This document shows, one piece after another, positions 55,430 through 64,000 of a DNA stretch of 64,000 nt. Each line of letters begins with the position of its first letter. The stretch's first letter is position 1. Source of the stretch: Octopus vulgaris (Eukaryota). Position numbers and translations under genes: made by a program. The notes beneath the pieces were generated by a model. The model was not told the DNA's origin, searched no databases, and was given only the letters and a program-made list of their open reading frames with translations. The stretch spans positions 75,268,001 through 75,332,000 of the forward strand of contig OX597830.1 of NCBI GenBank assembly GCA_951406725.2, given 5' to 3'.

Positions 55430-56180
55430 TCTATATTTGGAGTTCGTAATCAGGTGTTTCTCCATAGTTTTGGAATGCTTAAATATTTGTTCTCTGTACA
55501 GACACACAGAATGTCGGTAGAGCGTAGTTAAGTCAGATATAATTGCTCAGCAGTGCATTGGTACATAGAGTATATAGTGTACTCGCTAAAGAGTAGAGTA
55601 CTCGCAATTTAATACCAACGGATGGTCACATGCGAATATATTCTGTTACAGAGCAATACCTGATTTCATGAGATGCAAACACTTGCGTGAGCTATTAGTT
55701 GTTTGCTTGCATGAATGTATATTAATTATATATTTAATTATCTCTTATCAAGCTTGAATCCTACTTATCAACGCAATAGTTTCCCCGAACAAGCTTTTAT
55801 TGCCAATACATAGAGCAGGAAATGAAATGAATAACAAAATCCTCAAAAATGTGTATTTAGTTATCTATTCAGTCTCTTTGTTTCGTAAAACTTGTCATGC
55901 CAAGAAACCACGGATTGAATTCAAACCTAAAGACTTAGAGATTGTCACCAGGACTCAATGTTTGGATAATTACGAAGACATTTGCATGAAATCAATCAGA
56001 GTCCAACGACAGTATTCTGCAATTAAAAGTAATTATTTATCCTCTATTCCATTATGTTCTATTTTACTTATTCATTTCAATCGTTATACACTGAAGCGTA
56101 TATACCCTGAAGTGTGTATACAAACATACACACACACATACATACATACAGAAAGATTCATAAATATATGTAGATATAGA

Positions 56181-56555
56181 TATTATATAAAGGGCATTAC
56201 TATTCATACATGCTACACGAATCGGTATAATTAGGCGGCGAGCTGGCAGAAACGTTAGCACGCCGGCCGAAATGCTTAGCGGTATTTCGTCTGCGTTACG
56301 TTGTGAGTTCAAATTCCGCCGAGGTCGACTTTGCCTTTCATCCTTTCGAGGTCGATAAATTAAGTACCAGTTACGCACTGGGGTCGATGTAATCGACTTA
56401 ATACCTATGTCTGTCCTTGTTTGTTCCCTCTGTGTTTAGCCCCTTGTGAGTAATAAAGAAATAGGTATGATGTGTTTATTTATTTTGGTAGTTTTGACTT
56501 TAAGAGTCCCTCCTAGCGTGTGACATTTATGTATAGTAATGCCCTTTATATAATA
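56181..56555. mobile_element. Small MITE-like element (~40-bp TIRs) interrupted by a SINE B
   Basis: tattatataaagggcattactat at 56181 is the reverse complement of atagtaatgccctttatataata ending at 56555. Confidence 0.7.
56234..56463 (+). mobile_element. tRNA-derived SINE family B, full length
   Basis: A box-like tggcagaaacg and B box gagttcaaattcc. The central gactttgcctttcatcctttcgaggtcgataaattaagtacc resembles the Meta/Sauria-type SINE domain (from memory). Confidence 0.92.
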
Positions 56556-56709
56556 TAAATAAATATATTTAAGTGAAAAAATTGGTGGATTTTTTCTCTT
56601 ATGAGATTTTACACGCTAATTGATAAATTCTTATAAAGGTTTTATCCTATTTTTAAATTATAAATATAGATAAATATATTGAGAGATATGTATGTATGTA
56701 TGCATCTAA

Positions 56710-56785
<76 letters not shown>

Positions 56786-56839
56786 TTATCAATCTATCTA
56801 TCTATGTATCTATCTATCTATCTAAATATATATATATAT

Positions 56840-56956
<117 letters not shown>

Positions 56957-57461
56957 TATAAATATGTATGCGTAATTTTTTAACATTGAATCTCGAAGCA
57001 GATAAATCTATAAATAGTTTCGTATAAATATTAGATTAAATTCTCTGAATAGAAAATAATTACATACTAGTACTAATAGCATTATGTGCTTCGAAATTCA
57101 CCGTTCGAAAACATAATCATTTCGCATTTTCTCGAAATTATAAAATTCGCATAACATCACCTCGATATATACGTTGTAATACACGTATTACTAGAAACAT
57201 GTAAAAAAATATATAGATACATTCCTTCATACACTAAGGAAGATTTGACGATTATTTAAGACAAATCATCCTTAAACTTCGCGTCATGCTCACACACAAA
57301 CACACACGCGCACGAACACACACATATATACTATATCATAAGGCATATTTATATACATTGATATATACATAAATATTGCTTACGATGCACACACACTCAT
57401 ACAGACACACATATATGCATGTGCATATATATATTATATACACTTATATGTATATATATAT

Positions 57462-57514
<53 letters not shown>

Positions 57515-57544
57515 CATACATACATATATATATATATATACATA

Positions 57545-57668
57545 CATACACGTACATGCGCTAGGGTACACACACTCGCACACACACACTCATACATATC
57601 TATATACACACATATGCATATCTATATCTATATATCTATGTATATATATGTATATATGTATATATATT

Positions 57669-57714
<46 letters not shown>

Positions 57715-57858
57715 CATACATATATATATATATATATTTATATATATACATACATGCACGTACGTGCGCTAGGGTACACACACTCACACGCACACACACT
57801 CATACATATCTATATACACACATATGCATATCTATATCTATCTATCTATCTATGTATA

Positions 57859-57865
<7 letters not shown>
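57545..57865 (+). repeat. Local ~210-bp tandem duplication within microsatellite
   Basis: tgcgctagggtacacacactc..catacatatctatatacacacatatgcatatctatatc occurs at ~57557 and ~57765. Confidence 0.8.
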
Positions 57866-57936
<71 letters not shown>

Positions 57937-58268
57937 CACGTATATATAGATGCACACATGTCTGCGCTTCTTTCCATCACATTAAACGATAAACAGTTGC
58001 CTCAATGAAATAAGGTGCTTTCTTTATATGAAAAGAGTGAAATATTTCTGAACAAAAGTTTAATCTCCGTCTAACGGATATCTTTTTATATATCAGATTA
58101 GACAGAAGGATAGATAGATACATTAAATACAATAGAAGACAATGCGAATTATAAGATCACTTGCCACGTCACCAGCACCTCGTCTATCCCCATCACTATC
58201 ACCACATATGCCATCAACAGAAACAGAAGATCACCAACACAAACACCTAGAAGAGCAAAAATGGCCCT

Positions 58269-58322
<54 letters not shown>

Positions 58323-58448
58323 AACTACTACTAGTAGTAGTAGTAGTAGTAGTAGTAGCGGTAGTAGTAGCAGTAGTATAAAATGTCACCAAGAGGACAA
58401 ACAAATATAACATATATATATATATATATGCGTGTGTGTATATGTGTG

Positions 58449-58509
<61 letters not shown>

Positions 58510-58637
58510 GTGTGTGTCTGTGTGGAGACACGAAATGAACGGTTAAATGTAGGTAACACTCTTCAAACGAAAACAAAACTCTAATGCGCAAAAATATGAA
58601 TATAATTTCTTGGAGTTAATAATAAAAATAGCTAACA

Positions 58638-58724
<87 letters not shown>

Positions 58725-58838
58725 GTAGTAATAATAATAGTAATAATAATAATAGTAATAATAATAATAATAATAGTAATATTAATAATAATAATAATAA
58801 TTATAGTAAAAATAATAATAATAATAATAATAATAATG

Positions 58839-58903
<65 letters not shown>

Positions 58904-59115
58904 CATAGTTGCCTCACGTTTAAGATCGTTTGTTCAATATTCTATTGTACTTTTTCAAGTGATTGCGAGTGTTTTTCATGCTATTATTTTGTCGTATTTT
59001 ATTCTTATTAATTTTTTTTTAAATTCTGTGAAACCAATATAGTTTCAGATGTGATGTTTTGATAATAGTTCTAAAATATCTTGAAAGAAGAAAGTCAGAA
59101 AAAATTTTCAACATC

Positions 59116-59201
<86 letters not shown>

Positions 59202-59208
59202 CATTATT

Positions 59209-59305
59209 CCAAACTCCTTTAACAATTTGTCTATATCTTTGCTTACAGTTCCCAATGACCAATTATTATAGGCACAATCTTTACGATTTTCTTGCTCCAA
59301 TTTTT
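59209..59305 (-). mobile_element. Small R4/Dong-like RLE C-terminal fragment inside (ATT)n
   Basis: - strand ..WSKKIVKIVPIIIG/SLGTVSKDIDKLLKEFG, similar to VLPIVIG..GTIS at ~23415. Confidence 0.6.
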
Positions 59306-59412
59306 TGCAGTTTAAAATTTCAAGAGAATCATACTTATTATTATTATTATTATTATTACTATTATTATTATTATTATTATAATTACTATTATTTTTTTTA
59401 TTGTTGTTGTTG

Positions 59413-59447
<35 letters not shown>

Positions 59448-59525
59448 GTTGTTATGGCTATTTTTGTTGTTGTTATTGTTATTATTATTATTGTTATTAT
59501 TATTGTTATTATTATTATTATTATT

Positions 59526-60088
59526 GAGTGAGAGAGCAGTTCATGCCATCAAAGTGACACTGGGGTAAAATATACGAAGCCCAATATACCCATCATGACT
59601 ACCCGTCTGATAAGGGCACACCAGGCACATGCATCACAACCATATGTGCGCGACATGGTGATCTCATATCATGATAAACATGATAAACAGCACATGACCT
59701 TGCAGGTAGGGCCTAGTTAGAATTTTCTTCAGTTTGAGTAGCCCATCCCGCTCAAAAGGTCCCTGAATAAGGGTTGTTTAAGGATGTTGAAAGAACCACC
59801 CATGTTTCCAGAGGTGAATTATTCAAACCCCAAAGAATCCCTCTCAACACATGGCTATGATGCTCCCCCACTTCTTCTGCTCGTGATCAGAGATGCACAT
59901 ATCGTCAGCCAATAAGGGACATGCTCAACTGGTTAAGGTCAAACAACTGACAAGCAAATCTGTGATATTGAGCAGAATATTTGCTGTAGCCCATCTTTTA
60001 TACCAAGACAAAACAATTTACGTGATAACACTTCCAATCAGTTAAGATCAGAAGCCATGAGAGCCACTGCCTGGTACTGCATCAGGGC
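59526..60088. mobile_element. ~560-bp non-coding element embedded in (ATT)n, copy 1
   Basis: Aligns along its length with 60296-60816, and both ends abut (ATT)n. Confidence 0.85.
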
Positions 60089-60281
<193 letters not shown>

Positions 60282-60295
60282 ATCATTATTTTATT

Positions 60296-60816
60296 ATCAA
60301 AGTGACACTGGGGTAAAATATACGAAACCCAGTATACCCATCATGACTAATCGTCTGAAAGTGGTACTCCAGGCACATGCATCACAACCATGTGCACGAT
60401 ATGCTGATCTATTATCAAGATAAGCAGTGCATGACCTTACAGGTGGGGCCAGAGTTAGAATTTTTTCAGGCTGAGTAGCCCATCCCACTCTAAGGATCCC
60501 TGAATAAGGGTTGTTTAAAGCTGTTGAATGAAACACCCATGTTTCCAAAGGTGAATTATCCAAACGCCATCTTGACACATGGCTATAATCCTCCCCCATT
60601 ACTTCTGCTCATGATCAGAGAAGCACTTTTCGTCAGCCACTAATAGACCTGCAAAACTGGTTAAGGTCAAACAACTGACAAGCAAACCTGTGGTATTCAG
60701 CGGAATATTTGCTGTAGCCCATCTCTTATACGAAGTCAAAACAATGTACATGATAACACTTCCAGTCAGTTGAGATCAGAAGCCATGAGAGCCACCGCCT
60801 GGTACTGCATCAGGGC
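60296..60816. mobile_element. ~560-bp non-coding element embedded in (ATT)n, copy 2 (left end shorter)
   Basis: atcaaagtgacactggggtaaaatatacgaa...ctggtactgcatcagggc is shared with copy 1. Confidence 0.85.
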
Positions 60817-62000
<1,184 letters not shown>

Positions 62001-62616
62001 TTGCTGTTGGTGATGCTGATATCTTAGTAAAATCTCTTTTGATTCTTTTAGAAACAAAAACCAAAAAAAAAATTTACAAAAACAAATTTAAATGAAGAAA
62101 CGAAAAACATGCCAAACAAAAAAACCCATATCATCACTGATCTTAGACTTTCAAAAAGAGATGATTTTTTTTCACAATTGTTGATTTAATACTGTTCTTT
62201 GCATTGTTGCTGTTATTGTTGTTATTAACAACTTCATCTTTTCTGTCTTTTCTTTTATTTAGCTGTTGCTGCAGTTTTTCCCTGCCATCCCTGATGACGC
62301 TGCTAGTGTCGTTGTTATTATACTTGAGCTTGCTGTAGCTGTTTTCCTTTTGTTTGCTGCATCCATTCATAATGTTATTACAGTTAGTATTCTTGTTGTT
62401 GTTGTTTTTGGTGTGATTGTGTGTTGTAGTTGCCTTTTTTTTTACATTTTAATTTTATTTATTTCTATATATTTTCATTAAAATTTTGATCTTGGGTCCT
62501 TTGTTGAAGCGAGCATTGATGAAGCATTAGAAGTAGTCAAAGCTTTTTGCTCTTGTTTTTGCTGTTACAAAATCTGGTATGATATAAATGTACATATATA
62601 CACATATATAAATGCA

Positions 62617-62720
<104 letters not shown>

Positions 62721-62974
62721 GAGAAAGAGAGACAGGGAGAGAAATATACGGCTATACACACTCTAAAATGAACAGATATAGATGATATATATTTTGCAGT
62801 TGATGCAGCTTCGATTCAGAATGCTCTTGCTCGTCTTCTGGTCGTATTTCTTGATGGTTACTCATGTAGTACTTGCGTTGCTGTTGTTATCTCTGTTCGT
62901 TTTCAATGTTATATTATAGTTTCTACATTATATAGTTTTGACACTTTAATCGTAGTGTCAGTTTTGTACGTATG

Positions 62975-63026
<52 letters not shown>

Positions 63027-63276
63027 TGTCTGTGTGTGTATCCAAAATCATGTGTGATGACAAAGTCTAGACCTCAATATCGATCGAAAAAGGGACTATA
63101 TTTCTTGATTGATACAGTGATACAGATATGGTAACTTACATACACCACTTTAAGTTTCTGTATGAACAATTTTATGATTGTTGCACGTCATTCATTTCTG
63201 TAATCGATGTTGCTACATGACCGGACTGACATAACTGAAGACATACAACAATGTATGAATGTATGTATGGTTGTAT

Positions 63277-64000
63277 GTCATTATTCAGTTTATTTCAAGA
63301 TTTCTTACCAATAGAGAATTAACCGGTTTCTAACCTAGTTCCAAGTCTCCTTCATTGGAATTTCAACATCAGCAACAGGGTATTTTTGTATGTATGTATA
63401 TATGTATGCATGCAAGCATGTATACATGTATGTGCAGATTTGTATGTTTTATGTATGCATTCTCATGCATATAGTTGCATATCTAAACACGTTCATATCT
63501 ATTTGAATGATAAAATTCTGGTAAGTTTTACAGATTTTTACAGTTCCGGTGATAGATTGGATCTATAGTCTTCGAATGAGCTTTCTCCTTTCTGGATTTG
63601 AGAAGCTTTATTTCTCAAGATTGTTATTTAGGCAGTGTGTTACATCTCACAGAGCCCTAATAAATACAGTTATTGAATTTGTAATCTGGACAGAATAACT
63701 ATAGATTTCTCAATAGTACTGCATAGGTGTTCTCTTTTTCACTGATCTCCAACTTTAAGTTAAAATCCGCTGAGTCACTAATTTTTACAACTTTGCACCG
63801 TTTCTCATCTCTATCCTAAATGATTATAGCAGGTCTGTTGTAGTTTTACTTTTTATTGAGGTGTTCACTAGTATATTCCACCAGTATTCCTTTTTATTAT
63901 GAGTGGCTATGGCTCCTGCCATATTGTGGGTTCTTAGTTCCTTGTCCTCGGGATTATCCTTCCAACGGATTTAATTGTAGAGTGCCCTAGCTACAACGTC
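63277..64000 (-). mobile_element. RLE-type non-LTR retrotransposon 3' end (same family as 24953), runs off the window
   Basis: - strand DVVARALYN*IR..KEYWWNI..NRPAIII*DRDEKRCKVVKISDSAD..EKENTYAVLLRNL..KLIRRL*IQSITGTVKICK, plus a UTR matching 25220-25418. Confidence 0.85.

Overview
AT-rich, microsatellite-saturated eukaryotic DNA. The SINE families and the repeat density point to an octopus or other cephalopod genome (inference). There is no intact long CDS, and nearly all ORFs in the track are translations of (CAT)n, (TA)n, (AAT)n, (CA)n or (GATA)n arrays. The window is a patchwork of decayed mobile elements: tRNA-derived SINEs (3 families, more than 25 copies), mariner and Tc1-like remnants, RLE-type (R4/Dong-like) and CR1-group LINE 3' ends, Helitron-like elements and a MITE. 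Two layers are not explained by these. (1) A dense set of minimal type I hammerhead ribozyme (HHR) motifs from at least 5 sequence families. It includes a 479-nt retrozyme-like 1.4-mer (50656-51317) fused to a near-perfect inverted HHR pair (50491-50652). (2) Short splice-signal-bounded islands on the + strand that look like alternative terminal exons of an unidentified host gene, two of them ending in -YV-stop (32820-32872, 33111-33150). All coordinates were read by eye and may be off by a few bases.
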